From NCBI GenBank assembly GCA_040876345.1, contig JBBDPM010000004.1, positions 14,980-78,979 of the forward strand: 64,000 nt of DNA, in the 5' to 3' direction. The notes under the pieces are model-generated. The model ran no database searches. It was given only the letters and a program-made list of their open reading frames with translations, and was not told the DNA's origin. Position numbers and translations under genes: made by a program. The DNA comes from Candidatus Woykebacteria bacterium. GTDB taxonomy: Bacteria > Patescibacteriota > Microgenomatia > Woykebacterales > RBG-16-39-9b. This document shows, in pieces, positions 38,192 through 48,710 of this stretch; position 1 is the first letter of the stretch; each line of letters begins with the position of its first letter.

Positions 38192-41032
38192 ATGGCCGAT
38201 AAAATAATTATCCGCGGAGCCCGCGAGCACAACTTGAAAAACGTTGATGTAGAAATTCCCAAAAACAAATTGGTAGTAATTACCGGTATCTCCGGATCTG
38301 GTAAATCCTCTCTTGCTTTTGACACAATTTACGCCGAAGGGCAAAGGCGCTACGTCGAGTCCCTTTCGGCCTACGCTCGGCAGTTTCTAGGACTTATGGA
38401 AAAGCCTGATGTTGATCAGATTGAAGGTTTATCACCGGCAATTTCAATTGATCAAAAAAGCGCTCCTAAAAACCCCCGCTCGACGGTGGGCACAATTACC
38501 GAAATTTACGATTACATGAGGCTTCTTTGGGCTAGAGTTGGAGTTCCGCACTGCCCAATCGATGGCAAGGAGATTAAAGCCCAAACCCCCCAAGAAATCG
38601 TGGATCAGATAATTGAAATTGGTAGCAAACAAGTTAAAGGCCACAAGAGCGCAGAGTCGTTAATTCTAATCCTTGCCCCAATAGTGAAAGGTAGGAAAGG
38701 TATTTATGACGAGGTTTTTGTGGATCTGCGAAAAAAAGGTTACGTTAGGGTAAGGGTCGACGGTAAAGTCTACGAGATAGGGGAGACTCCGAAACTTGGT
38801 CGCTATAAAATCCATGATATTGAGGCGGTTGTTGATAGGATTGCGTCGCCATTTGAAAGACAAAGGCTTACCGAGTCTGTCGAAACTGCTCTAAAGTTAT
38901 CCGATGGTATTATAATCACCTCTGTCAAACAAAAAGACTACACGTTCTCCGAAAAATTTGCTTGTCCGCAGCACGGTGTATCTCTTCCAGAAATAGAGCC
39001 CCGAACTTTTTCATTTAATTCTCCCTATGGCGCTTGCCCTTCTTGCGCTGGAATTGGGTCAAAACTTACCGTGGATCCCGATCTTGTGATCCCAAACAAA
39101 AGCCTTTCAATTTCGGAAGGGGCAATACTACCCTGGAGTAGAATACTTGGGGCCGACACTTGGTCTGCAAGAAGGCTAGAAGCTCTTTTTGAGCACTTAA
39201 ATCTTTCTTTAAGTACCCCTATAAAAGATTTACCAAAAGATTCCCTGGACATTGTTCTTTACGGATCTGAAGATGAGGTTTTTGAGGTTTCGGGCAGGAA
39301 TCGCTTTGGTAGACAAATCACGTTTAATACTACTTTTGAAGGTGTAGTCCCGGAGATTCTACGCCGCTATAAGGAAACTGACAGTGACTGGACAAAACGA
39401 GAGATAGAAAAATATATGAGAGAGGAAACTTGTGAAGTTTGTCGGGGGTTTAGATTAAAAAAAGAGGCCAAATTTATTACAGTCGGCGGAAAGTCCATTA
39501 GTGAGGTAAGCGCTTCCTCAATTCAAGAGTCAAATCAGTGGTTTGGGGATCTTACTCTTTCGGAAAAAAAAGAAAAAATCGCAAAACAAGTGCTTAAGGA
39601 AATAAGGAGTAGACTAAAGTTTCTACTAGACGTCGGTTTGGGTTACTTAACTATTGATAGAACGAGCGCAACTTTGGCCGGTGGGGAGGCGCAAAGAATT
39701 CGTCTTGCATCGCAAATCGGTTCGGGTCTCTCTGGCGTGCTTTACGTTTTGGATGAGCCTTCCATCGGGCTTCACCAAAAGGATAATGGCAAACTTATCG
39801 AAACTTTGAAAAACCTGAGAGACTTAGGAAACACTGTTATTGTGGTTGAGCATGATAAAGAAACCATTGAAAATGCCGATTGGGTTATTGACGTTGGGCC
39901 GGGAGCCGGTGAGCACGGGGGAAAAATTATTGCCTCCGGCACACCGGAGACCATAAAGAGGGCAAAAGACTCGATAACAGGAGATTTTCTAGTAGGCAAA
40001 AGAAAGATTCGTACCAAAGCCCAGCGTAGTGTTAAAGCCAATCATAAACTTACTATTCTAGGAGCTGAAGAGCACAATCTTAAAAATATTGACGTTGAGT
40101 TTCCACTAGGCTTATTTATTTGCGTCACCGGAGTTTCGGGAAGTGGAAAATCCACCCTGGTCGAAGATACACTTCGTAAGGCGCTAAGTAGCAAGATATA
40201 CAGGTCAAAGGAAAAAATCGGCAGACACAAAGAAATTGTTGGAATGGAGCATATCGATAAGGTGGTTAACATAGACCAATCACCTATAGGGAGAACGCCA
40301 AGAAGTAACCCGGCTACTTATACTGGGGCTTTCTCGCATATTAGAGAGCTCTTCGCGAAAACTCCAGAGTCTAAGATAAGAGGCTACAAGTCAGGTAGAT
40401 TCTCCTTTAATGTAAAAGGAGGTCGCTGCGAAGCTTGCGAGGGGGATGGCGTGATAAAAATCGAAATGCAGTTTCTTCCTGATGTATATGTAACTTGCGA
40501 AACTTGTCAAGGGAAACGTTACAATCGAGAAGCCCTAGAAATAACTTTTAAGGGTAAAAATATTTCCGACGTTCTTGATATGACCGTTGAGGAGGCACTT
40601 CTCTTCTTCCAAAATATCCCAGTAATAAATAACAAGCTTCAAACACTATCTGACGTTGGACTCTCCTATATAAGGCTTGGGCAAAGAGCAACGACTTTAT
40701 CCGGTGGTGAGGCCCAAAGAATAAAACTTTCGGCAGAGCTTTCAAAAAGGAGTACTGGTCGGACTTTTTATATACTGGATGAGCCAACAACTGGGCTTCA
40801 TTTTGCCGACATCGAGAACCTCCTCTCAGTTTTGCAAAGACTAGTTGAACTTGGAAACACTGTTTTAGTTATCGAACACAATCTCGATGTAATTAAAGAT
40901 GCTGACTGGCTAATCGACTTGGGGCCGGACGGTGGAGATTTAGGTGGGAGGGTAGTGGCTGTCGGGACTGTTGAGCAAACCGCGAAAAATGCAGCTTCAT
41001 ACACCGGCTCTTATCTGAAAAAAATAATTTAG
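38192..41032 (+). CDS. uvrA: Excinuclease ABC subunit A
   Basis: Two ABC ATPase modules (GISGSGKSS and GVSGSGKST) and zinc-finger Cys pairs. Confidence 0.95.
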   Translation: MADKIIIRGAREHNLKNVDVEIPKNKLVVITGISGSGKSSLAFDTIYAEGQRRYVESLSAYARQFLGLMEKPDVDQIEGLSPAISIDQKSAPKNPRSTVGTITEIYDYMRLLWARVGVPHCPIDGKEIKAQTPQEIVDQIIEIGSKQVKGHKSAESLILILAPIVKGRKGIYDEVFVDLRKKGYVRVRVDGKVYEIGETPKLGRYKIHDIEAVVDRIASPFERQRLTESVETALKLSDGIIITSVKQKDYTFSEKFACPQHGVSLPEIEPRTFSFNSPYGACPSCAGIGSKLTVDPDLVIPNKSLSISEGAILPWSRILGADTWSARRLEALFEHLNLSLSTPIKDLPKDSLDIVLYGSEDEVFEVSGRNRFGRQITFNTTFEGVVPEILRRYKETDSDWTKREIEKYMREETCEVCRGFRLKKEAKFITVGGKSISEVSASSIQESNQWFGDLTLSEKKEKIAKQVLKEIRSRLKFLLDVGLGYLTIDRTSATLAGGEAQRIRLASQIGSGLSGVLYVLDEPSIGLHQKDNGKLIETLKNLRDLGNTVIVVEHDKETIENADWVIDVGPGAGEHGGKIIASGTPETIKRAKDSITGDFLVGKRKIRTKAQRSVKANHKLTILGAEEHNLKNIDVEFPLGLFICVTGVSGSGKSTLVEDTLRKALSSKIYRSKEKIGRHKEIVGMEHIDKVVNIDQSPIGRTPRSNPATYTGAFSHIRELFAKTPESKIRGYKSGRFSFNVKGGRCEACEGDGVIKIEMQFLPDVYVTCETCQGKRYNREALEITFKGKNISDVLDMTVEEALLFFQNIPVINNKLQTLSDVGLSYIRLGQRATTLSGGEAQRIKLSAELSKRSTGRTFYILDEPTTGLHFADIENLLSVLQRLVELGNTVLVIEHNLDVIKDADWLIDLGPDGGDLGGRVVAVGTVEQTAKNAASYTGSYLKKII

Positions 41033-41088
41033 GCTATATAAAACCGGTTTGCCCATTAGCTACTAAATGTGTTAAACTCGATTCTTGA

Positions 41089-41484
41089 GTGAGTACTTTT
41101 TCCAATAAAGAAAATGCTACGATCAAGATACTTTTGGTGGATGACGACCCTTCATGCTTGAAACTGTATAAGCTTAAGTTTGAATTAGATGGGTTTGATG
41201 TTAGAGTGGCTAAGGATGGAAAAGAAGGTCTTGAAAAGGCAATAGCTGATGCTCCAAATATAATTCTTCTAGATATAAAAATTCCCGAGATGGATGGCTT
41301 GGAACTTTTAAAAAACCTAAAAAATACCGAAAGTCTGAGCAACACTTCTGTTGTGGTATTTTCGAACTTCGATGATCAAGAGCTAATTGAAAAAAGTCTG
41401 AGCATTGGGGCCAAAGACTACATTGTAAAATCTCAATTCACTCCCGAAGAAATTTCGACTAAAATTAAAACGTTGGTCAGATGA
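41089..41484 (+). CDS. Single-domain response regulator (REC/CheY-like)
   Basis: Phospho-acceptor region LLVDDD...ILLDIKIPEMDG. GTG start. Confidence 0.8.
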   Translation: MSTFSNKENATIKILLVDDDPSCLKLYKLKFELDGFDVRVAKDGKEGLEKAIADAPNIILLDIKIPEMDGLELLKNLKNTESLSNTSVVVFSNFDDQELIEKSLSIGAKDYIVKSQFTPEEISTKIKTLVR

Positions 41485-43376
41485 AAGCAAAGGCTACACT
41501 TCTCTCACTACTAACTATTCTTTCGTTGATACTTCCAATTTATTTGCGAAGCGGTGAAGTGCAGGCTGCCTCTTTTTCGGTCGCCTACGACATCACCTTT
41601 ATCTTCAATGAAGATGGTAGCGCCAGAGCCGTCCAGAAGATTGCTCTGAAAAATCTAACCACCGACCTCTACCCTTCGGAGTACAGCTTAAACATTGGAC
41701 CTGGCAATGTAACGAAAATAGCGGGCAGCGACTCCTTAGGAGCTATCCAGGTGCGAAGTTTAAAGGATAAGGATTCAACTGTTTTAAGAGCCGAGATAAA
41801 TGAAAAAGTCATCGGTAAGAATAAAAAAACTGATTTGACTCTAAATTATACTATTAAAAATCTTGCCTCAAAGAAAGGGAGGATGTGGGAACTTTTGGTA
41901 CCTGGAATCAACACGTCCGAAAATCTTGACTCGTTCAGAGTCAAGATAGAAGTCCCCAAAAAATGGGGCAGCGTGTACTCAATTTATCCCTCTTCTACAA
42001 AAAAAGAAAATGTTGGCTCTACCCAGATCCTAACATTCGACAAGAAAAAAAATCCTGCGGAGAACATAATTGCTAGTTTTGGAGACTATCAGGTTGTGGA
42101 ATTTTCCCTAAGCCAGAAACTGAAGAATCCCAACTTCTTCGCTAGAGAGGGGTCAATTTTGGTACCTTCAGATACCCAGTTCCAAGAGATATATTTTTCG
42201 CAAATCCAGCCTCGTCCAGACAAATTTGAAACCGATCAAGACGGAAACTGGGGTGCCAGATATAATCTTAAAGCGGGTGAAGAAAAGAATGTCTTAATCA
42301 AGGGCTTAGCCAGAATAGATAAAACTTTGGCCGAGAAAGTTCCTTCACCAGAGAGTGAAAATGCAAGGGGGAGTTTAAGGTTTTGGGAGGCGGACTCCAA
42401 GGAAATTTCGGAACAAGCCAAAAAATTGCAGGGCCCGAAAGAAATCTATAACTTTGTTCTTGAAACCCTAACTTTCAATAAAGAACTAGCAAAAGAGAAA
42501 CTTGATAAACGAGACGGGGCGCAGGGTTCTTTACGCAGCCCTGATAAGGCCCTGACAAGCGAATTTGCTGACCTTTTCATAGCCTTGGCCAGGGCAAAGG
42601 GAATCAAGGCGCGTCAACTAGTAGGCTTTGCCTTTGGAGACGGCTCCGACCTGACACCTACCCTTGTGAACGGTGAGAGAGGAACAGATAAACTTCATTC
42701 TTGGGTCGAATATCAAGATCCCGGTAGCAGCGTCTGGAGGCAGGTTGATCCTGCCTGGGGTGAGACCAGAAGTGTTAATTACTTTGATTACTTTGATTCA
42801 AATCATTTCTCTCTTTTTACGAGGGGGGAGAATAGCGAAAACCCCAAAATACCAGACACAGTCTTTAGCGCAGGTTCTCAAGGCGGAACTCTCGAGGTAA
42901 AGCTTGTTGAAACAGATTTCAATTTTGTAGCCCAACCAAAAATGGAGGTCGACTTAAACAGTGTTGTTTCAGGGTTTCCTTCCACTGGAAAATTAATAAT
43001 CTTTAACGATTCTGGCAAGTCCCTGAGGGCCGCAACCTTAACTTTCTCCCCAAATTCTTTAAAATTAATTGGCGAGCCTACCCAAAACCTAGGCACAATT
43101 CTACCTTTTAGCCAGTATGTGTTAAACTTCAAACTGAGAAGTGGGTCACTCTTAAGCAGTGACAACGGGGAAGTCAACGCTCTCCTTTCTGGGTTTGATC
43201 AAGGCAACAAAAAAGACTTTACGGTTACAAAACAAGTCCAAATTAAACCCTTCTTTAGCTTAAATTTGCCTCAAATCATTCTACTAATAATACTTATAGT
43301 CACTTTAGCGGGCCTTGGCGCCCCTTTCTATAAAAAATTCTTAAGAATAGTAAGAGAGACTTCTGATGAAACTTAA
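41481..43376 (+). CDS. Secreted, C-terminally anchored protein with a transglutaminase-like domain; the nucleophile position appears to be Ser/Thr, not Cys
   Basis: Signal peptide. LTSEFADLFIALARAKGIKARQLVGFAF and HSWVEYQD...W...DPAWGE fit the transglutaminase-like core with His and Asp, but the usual G-x-C is L-T-S. C-terminal TM helix. Overlaps the REC stop (ATGA) and the uvrC start. Confidence 0.5.
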   Translation: MKAKATLLSLLTILSLILPIYLRSGEVQAASFSVAYDITFIFNEDGSARAVQKIALKNLTTDLYPSEYSLNIGPGNVTKIAGSDSLGAIQVRSLKDKDSTVLRAEINEKVIGKNKKTDLTLNYTIKNLASKKGRMWELLVPGINTSENLDSFRVKIEVPKKWGSVYSIYPSSTKKENVGSTQILTFDKKKNPAENIIASFGDYQVVEFSLSQKLKNPNFFAREGSILVPSDTQFQEIYFSQIQPRPDKFETDQDGNWGARYNLKAGEEKNVLIKGLARIDKTLAEKVPSPESENARGSLRFWEADSKEISEQAKKLQGPKEIYNFVLETLTFNKELAKEKLDKRDGAQGSLRSPDKALTSEFADLFIALARAKGIKARQLVGFAFGDGSDLTPTLVNGERGTDKLHSWVEYQDPGSSVWRQVDPAWGETRSVNYFDYFDSNHFSLFTRGENSENPKIPDTVFSAGSQGGTLEVKLVETDFNFVAQPKMEVDLNSVVSGFPSTGKLIIFNDSGKSLRAATLTFSPNSLKLIGEPTQNLGTILPFSQYVLNFKLRSGSLLSSDNGEVNALLSGFDQGNKKDFTVTKQVQIKPFFSLNLPQIILLIILIVTLAGLGAPFYKKFLRIVRETSDET

Positions 43377-44619
43377 TTTAACTAGAATAGTGCAAAAACC
43401 GGGGGTTTATTTGCTAAAAGACCAAGAGGGGTCGGTACTTTATGTGGGAAAGGCGATAAATCTTAAGAGCCGCCTTCGTGCATACAGTGCGCCGCCGCAA
43501 GATTTAAGGCAAAAAAGTCTCCAAGAAAAAATCCACAAGGTTGAAACTATTGAGGTAGGATCGGAAATAGAAGCTTTAGTTTTAGAAGCAAACCTGATAA
43601 AAAAACACTACCCTCAATTTAATTCCCAACTTAAGGACGATAAGGATTATTTATATATTGTTGTAACCAAAGAAAAGTATCCAAAAGTTATCCCCGTTAG
43701 GAAACGATCAATTGAGGACTCTTTAGCCTATTTTGGTCCCTTTCCGGCCGCTTCTTCAGTAAGATTAACCTTGAGATCCATCAGAAAGATATTTCCCTTT
43801 AGCACTTGCTCACCCACCGCTAAAAAAGCTTGTCTTTACTACCACCTCGGCCTTTGTCCTGGAGTTTGTGTCGGCGCAATTAGCGAAAAAGCCTACCAGA
43901 AAAACATTAAAAACATTGTTTTGTTTCTCCAGGGGAAAAAGCAAAAGGTTACCCAGGATTTGCGAAAAGACATCGCTAAGGCGGCCAAGGAAACGCGCTA
44001 CGAAGAAGCCCAAGAACTTCTGAAAAAACTAAGAAGCATGGAGTATATACTTCAGCCAAGAGCCGACGTTACTAAATATCTTGAGGAGCCTGAGTTTTTG
44101 AAAAACTACCGAAGGGAAGAGCTGGAAGAGCTAAAAAAAATCCTTTCCCTTCCTAAAATACCAAAACGAATCGAAGGTTATGACATTTCTAATATTCACG
44201 GGCAGTACGCGACTGGATCCATGGTGGTTTTAAAAGATGGGGAAGTAGATAAAGCAAGTTATCGAAAGTTTAAGATTAAGAGTGTCAAAGGCATTAATGA
44301 TACGAAGATGCTTGAAGAAGTTCTCAAAAGAAGGTTTAATAACGATTGGGAGAGGCCGGATCTTATTGTTGTCGACGGTGGGAAAGGCCAACTTTCGGCT
44401 TGTTCTTCAGTTTTACGGCAAAGAGATCTTTCAATAGCCCACGTTTCCCTTGCAAAAAGGTTAGAAGAAATCTACGTGCCGAATTTAGAGAGACCCTTAA
44501 GGTTGGAAAGAAACTCAAAAGCGCTCCACCTAGTTCAAAGGCTGAGAGACGAAGCCCACCGCTTCGCGGTTTCTTATCACCGAAAGCTTAGGGATAGCAA
44601 CCTTCTGGTGGTTACATAA
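43366..44619 (+). CDS. uvrC: Excinuclease ABC subunit C, compact form lacking the C-terminal (HhH)2 domain
   Basis: GIY-YIG module (GVYLLKD...YVGKA), Cys cluster CLYYHLGLCPGVCV, UVR domain, and endonuclease domain (IEGYDISN ... EAHRFAVSYHRKLR). 417 aa. Confidence 0.85.
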   Translation: MKLNLTRIVQKPGVYLLKDQEGSVLYVGKAINLKSRLRAYSAPPQDLRQKSLQEKIHKVETIEVGSEIEALVLEANLIKKHYPQFNSQLKDDKDYLYIVVTKEKYPKVIPVRKRSIEDSLAYFGPFPAASSVRLTLRSIRKIFPFSTCSPTAKKACLYYHLGLCPGVCVGAISEKAYQKNIKNIVLFLQGKKQKVTQDLRKDIAKAAKETRYEEAQELLKKLRSMEYILQPRADVTKYLEEPEFLKNYRREELEELKKILSLPKIPKRIEGYDISNIHGQYATGSMVVLKDGEVDKASYRKFKIKSVKGINDTKMLEEVLKRRFNNDWERPDLIVVDGGKGQLSACSSVLRQRDLSIAHVSLAKRLEEIYVPNLERPLRLERNSKALHLVQRLRDEAHRFAVSYHRKLRDSNLLVVT

Positions 44620-45017
44620 TGAAAAAACTAGCAAAACAGTTTATTTTAAGTTTCTCCTCTTTTCTTGTCGTCGCCTATTTCTACCCAGGATTTAGTTTTG
44701 AGAAGAGCCAGGTAGTGCTTCTATCTGCCTTTGCTTTTGCCCTGCTTGGCCTTTTTATGAATCCAATTCTAAAGGCCCTATCTTTACCCCTCAATCTATT
44801 CACTTTTGGCCTTTTTAGCTTCTCAAGTGGAGCTGTCTTGATTTTCTTAGTTAAGACTCTTGTAGCAGGCTTTACTGTAAAGGGTTTTGATTTCGTCGGG
44901 GCAGATTTACTTGGTTTTGTTGTACCCGGCTTTTACGTAATTCCATTCCTTTCAGCTCTTGCCGCCTCGGCTCTTATAGGTTGGCTTTCTACCATACTTC
45001 GGTGGGTGTTTCATTAG
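44619..45017 (+). CDS. Four-TM membrane protein, holin family IV / DUF360 (YvlD)-like
   Basis: Topology and size; weak family resemblance. Confidence 0.4.
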   Translation: MKKLAKQFILSFSSFLVVAYFYPGFSFEKSQVVLLSAFAFALLGLFMNPILKALSLPLNLFTFGLFSFSSGAVLIFLVKTLVAGFTVKGFDFVGADLLGFVVPGFYVIPFLSALAASALIGWLSTILRWVFH

Positions 45018-45045
45018 ATTGAAGTCTGTGGTAAAATTCCAGTTT

Positions 45046-45267
45046 ATGCTAACAAACGTTTTGCTCTTATCAATGATAGTAATTTCGGCTTCTTTGGCAG
45101 CTGTTATTTTAGTTCAGAACAAAGGCACCGGAGTTGGTTCGGTTTTTGGTGGCGGAGGCGGGGTTTACCGAAGCCGGAGAGGCGCTGAGAAATTTCTTCA
45201 TTATCTAACAATTATACTAGCTGCCCTTTTTACTTTAGTTTCTTTGACGCTTCTCATTATTAGGTGA
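45046..45267 (+). CDS. secG: Preprotein translocase subunit SecG
   Basis: Start MLTNVLLL. LVQNKGTG...GGGG...RRG.E pattern with two TM helices. Confidence 0.65.
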   Translation: MLTNVLLLSMIVISASLAAVILVQNKGTGVGSVFGGGGGVYRSRRGAEKFLHYLTIILAALFTLVSLTLLIIR

Positions 45268-46874
45268 TGGGTAAGAAACTCCGCTTCTACTATCATTTCT
45301 TAATCGTTATCGTAACAAAAAAATACCGCCAAGTTTTCCTTCTTTTAGCCGGTTTAGGTCTTATCACCCTCCTTGGCTTTTACGTAGTTCCTGATGCGTT
45401 TCACAGGCTTTACGATGGAGTTTCTAATAATATCAGGAAGCCAAAGTATATCGAAGGTATTGTTGGATCAGTCCAAACACTGAACCCAGTATATACAAAA
45501 ACTTTGGCGGAGAAAGAAATAAGCTCGCTTGTTTTTCGCTCTCTTATGAGAGTTAGTGAAGACGGAACCCTCTCTCCCGACATTGCCGAAAGTTACACCC
45601 GAAGAGGCGAAACCGAGTATATTTTCAAGTTAAAGGACAATCTTTTTTGGCAGGACGGTGCCCCAATTACAGCCGATGACGTTGTTTATACAGTTGAATT
45701 AACGCAAAAAGCATCTCCAGGCTCGGATCTAGCCCCGAACTTCAAGGATGTACTTACTACTAAGATCGACGATCTAACGGTGAGCTTTAAGCTTTCCGAG
45801 CCTTACTCTCCATTTCCTCTAAATACCGCTATAAAAATTGTCCCCAAGCACATTCCGCTGGCAGCGTACAGACCAATTGGGAGTAGTGACTTTGCCGTCA
45901 AAAGTATTTCCGATGACAAAATAGTTCTGGAAAGCAGCTTCGCGAACTTGACTTTTAGATTATATAAAAAAGCGGACGATGCTCTTCTTGCTCTGAAGTT
46001 GGGTGAGGTCGATAGCCTTGGTGGTTTGGGATTTTCGCAGGTAAACGAGATGCGTTTTTGGCAGAACTTAAATATCTACAGTCTCGATATGTCTCAGAGG
46101 CAAATAATGCTTTTCTTCAACCTAAAAGATAAAACCCTTTCGGAAAGAGAAATTAGAAGAGCCCTATCCCTTAGCGTTGCAAAAAAGCTAATAACCCAAG
46201 TGCTACCAGGATTTAACCCCCATATTGCAAATTCTTCCTACCCATTAAACAGTTGGGCAAATGATTCAAATTTTCAGACTGAAGGAAATGGTAGGGAGGA
46301 GGCAGAGAAAATTTTGGATAGTATCGGTTGGAAGAAAAAAGGCAATATTCGAACTAAGGGCAACGAGAGTCTTAAATTGAAGATAACTATAAGTGATGGG
46401 GAAGAATTTCACTCTCTTGCAAAGATTCTAGAAACTTCTTGGAAGGCGCTTGGTGCCAATGTTGCAATCTTTCCTGTTTCGGCGCTAGAAATGAGAGAGC
46501 GCGTAATACCAGAAAGAGACTTTCAAGCTTTGCTAACTACCCAGGAAATTGGAGCCGATCCAGATCAATACAGCCTTTGGCACAGCTCCCAAATACACGA
46601 AGCAAATGTGTCATCCCTTAGCTCAGCGAAAATAGATAAGATTTTGGAGGACGCAAGAAGATCGTCAGATTTAAAGTTCCGAAGGGAAAAATACTTTCTT
46701 TTTGCAAGACTTTTGGCCGATGAAACACCCGCAATATTTCTTTACTATCCAAAATACTTTTGGGTGGTTAATAAAAGAGTCGAAAACATTAAACCAAAGG
46801 GTCTTCTAAACACTTGGAACAGGTTTGATGACATCAAGGGATGGAAGCTAAATCAGAACTTCAAGTTTTGGTGA
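45264..46874 (+). CDS. ABC transporter substrate-binding protein, family 5 (peptide/nickel type)
   Basis: N-terminal TM anchor; SBP_bac_5-like pattern. Confidence 0.65.
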   Translation: MMGKKLRFYYHFLIVIVTKKYRQVFLLLAGLGLITLLGFYVVPDAFHRLYDGVSNNIRKPKYIEGIVGSVQTLNPVYTKTLAEKEISSLVFRSLMRVSEDGTLSPDIAESYTRRGETEYIFKLKDNLFWQDGAPITADDVVYTVELTQKASPGSDLAPNFKDVLTTKIDDLTVSFKLSEPYSPFPLNTAIKIVPKHIPLAAYRPIGSSDFAVKSISDDKIVLESSFANLTFRLYKKADDALLALKLGEVDSLGGLGFSQVNEMRFWQNLNIYSLDMSQRQIMLFFNLKDKTLSEREIRRALSLSVAKKLITQVLPGFNPHIANSSYPLNSWANDSNFQTEGNGREEAEKILDSIGWKKKGNIRTKGNESLKLKITISDGEEFHSLAKILETSWKALGANVAIFPVSALEMRERVIPERDFQALLTTQEIGADPDQYSLWHSSQIHEANVSSLSSAKIDKILEDARRSSDLKFRREKYFLFARLLADETPAIFLYYPKYFWVVNKRVENIKPKGLLNTWNRFDDIKGWKLNQNFKFW

Positions 46875-46958
46875 GGAACGCGCAGCCTAAAAGGCTCCCG
46901 CCCTGAGGTTGAAGTTCCCGGGTACTTACAATACAATTGTAATAACTAATAGTTAAGT

Positions 46959-46987
46959 TTGACACATGGACTAAGATTGAAGATAAT
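46959..46987 (+). promoter_or_regulatory. Sigma70-like promoter (TTGACA, 17 bp spacer, GATAAT)
   Basis: Lies upstream of the small zinc-ribbon gene, which has RBS AAAGGAGGTG. Confidence 0.5.
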
Positions 46988-47039
46988 AGCATAAGTGGTA
47001 AAAAAAGCCTAAGATTTGAAAGGAGGTGTAACTAAAAAC

Positions 47040-47180
47040 ATGTCAGAAGCATACTGCGTAAAGTGTAAGCAGAAAAGAGAAGTTACAAATCCTGAGCAAG
47101 TTACCATGAAAAATGGTAGAAAAGCCTTGAAAGGTACTTGCCCAGTTTGTGGAACAAAAATGTTTAAAATTGGAGGCTAA
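47040..47180 (+). CDS. DUF5679-like zinc-ribbon mini-protein (46 aa)
   Basis: MSEAYCVKCKQKREVTNPEQVTMKNGRKALKGTCPVCGTKMFKIGG has two CxxC pairs. Perfect RBS. Not in the ORF track because it is under 60 aa. Confidence 0.6.
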   Translation: MSEAYCVKCKQKREVTNPEQVTMKNGRKALKGTCPVCGTKMFKIGG

Positions 47181-47536
47181 AGCCTTCAGTTTAATATTCG
47201 ATAAAGCTAATGCGGCCTTGAAAGAGGTAGTATTTTTTCCCAAGAAATACAAATTCATGGTGGATATTGTAAATCTGGCTTGGAGCTATCCAGGAATTTG
47301 AATTGCGATATTGGACCGTTGTATCAGTCAATTTTACGATTCGGAACACCTGGTGTCCACTTTGGTGAACCTCGGTTCTATGTTAACGAACGAAATTATA
47401 GATCAATTAGTTGAAACTTTCAAAGAATGGGACCTTGTTTTTAAAAACTATCCTGTTAACGTAGCAACCGCGTAAAGCCATGCCTTAGGACTAAATACAA
47501 ACCTATTAAAAATTACCAGAATTTACTAGAATATAA

Positions 47537-48358
47537 TTGATGACTAAATTGCTCATTTATAGAGAAGATCTAAAAATACTTTTAAAGACAGACGGGGAGG
47601 GGTCTTTACCCAGTTTAGATTCAGACACTCCCGAAAACCTAGGGGGATATACATCCGAGAACCTTGGTTTTTCAATTCGTAGTTTTGGACAAAAACACGC
47701 TGACATCTTGATAGCCCAAAGGGTTTTCGGAAATCAGAAGGAAGGGACAGGATGGTTCGGTATAAAAAGAGCCTCAAAATCAACTGGGTTAAAAGAAACT
47801 GATATCAGAGAATGGGTTGATAATGATATTGATTACTCAACCAGAAAACAGCTTGGTCTGATTAAAAAAGTATTTGCTGAATTTAAAAATGAAGCAGTAG
47901 AAATTTTTTTATGGGGCGGCTGGGCGGTAGATTTTTTGGCGGGCACAGTCACAAGACCTCATATTGACACCGATACGCTTGTTTGGAAAAAAGATAAAGA
48001 AAAGGTTCAAAAAATTATGTCCCGCTTAGGCTTTACCACAAAGGATAAGATAAGAAAATTCCAAAACGGATTTGAAGAATTTCAATTTGACAACGATTTT
48101 GTTGAATCATATGGAGATAAATTTATTTCGAGCGTTTCTCCACAAACTTCGGGAATAGTGTGGTCCAAAGAAACTTTTTTGGAACCTGTTGAGGCCAAAC
48201 TAGATAATATTCATGCCACAGTCATAAATCCTAAATCCTTGTACTCTTTTCTTGAGCAAAAAATCAAATCTTATAAGAGAAAGGTCGGTAAAACGAGCGG
48301 TCCGGTTGAGAAAACTCAAAAAGACTTAGAAGTGCTGAAGAAAGTTATCGGGAACTAG
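47537..48358 (+). CDS. Nucleotidyltransferase, ANT(2'')/LinB-like
   Basis: LWGGWAVDFLAGTVTRPHIDTDTLV closely resembles the IGGGWAIDARLGRVTRKHDDIDL core of ANT(2'')-Ia, from memory. Confidence 0.5.
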   Translation: MMTKLLIYREDLKILLKTDGEGSLPSLDSDTPENLGGYTSENLGFSIRSFGQKHADILIAQRVFGNQKEGTGWFGIKRASKSTGLKETDIREWVDNDIDYSTRKQLGLIKKVFAEFKNEAVEIFLWGGWAVDFLAGTVTRPHIDTDTLVWKKDKEKVQKIMSRLGFTTKDKIRKFQNGFEEFQFDNDFVESYGDKFISSVSPQTSGIVWSKETFLEPVEAKLDNIHATVINPKSLYSFLEQKIKSYKRKVGKTSGPVEKTQKDLEVLKKVIGN

Positions 48359-48456
48359 TAAATTGGTGGGTTGTTTTTCTTTGGGTTTAAAGTTCGAATC
48401 AACAGTGCTTGGTGGGTTTTCTTGATAAAATCTAAGGCTAAATTTTACTAAATTTT

Positions 48457-48532
48457 TGGTGAGCCAGGAAGGACTCGAACCTTCAACCCGTTGCTTAAGA
48501 GGCAACTGCTCTGCCAATTGAGCTACTGGCCC
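48457..48532 (-). tRNA. tRNA-Lys (anticodon CTT), CCA encoded
   Basis: Manual cloverleaf: acceptor GGGCCAG/CTGGCTC, D-arm GCTC-AATTGGCA-GAGC, anticodon stem GTTGC with loop CTCTTAA, T-arm GAAGG-TTCGAGT-CCTTC. Confidence 0.85.
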
Positions 48533-48568
48533 ACAAAAGTTCACTTAATTTGAATTTAGCAAATAAAG

Positions 48569-48644
48569 TGGTACCCCAGGAGGGATTCGAACCCCCGACC
48601 TTGACGTTAGAACCGTCCTGCTCTATCCGCTGAGCTACTGGGGC
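48569..48644 (-). tRNA. tRNA-Arg (anticodon TCT), CCA encoded
   Basis: Manual fold: acceptor GCCCCAG, D-arm GCTC-AGCGGATA-GAGC, anticodon loop GTTCTAA, T-loop TTCGAAT. Position 32 is G, which is atypical. Confidence 0.7.
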
Positions 48645-48710
48645 AAGACGCTGCTATTATACCAACCCTAGCCTCAATTATCAATTATGATGGTATAATT
48701 TAAAAAGCCT

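Noticed and set aside
48326-48544. 72 aa minus-strand ORF
   Set aside because: It lies entirely over tRNA-Lys(CTT) and the adjacent intergenic region, so it is spurious.
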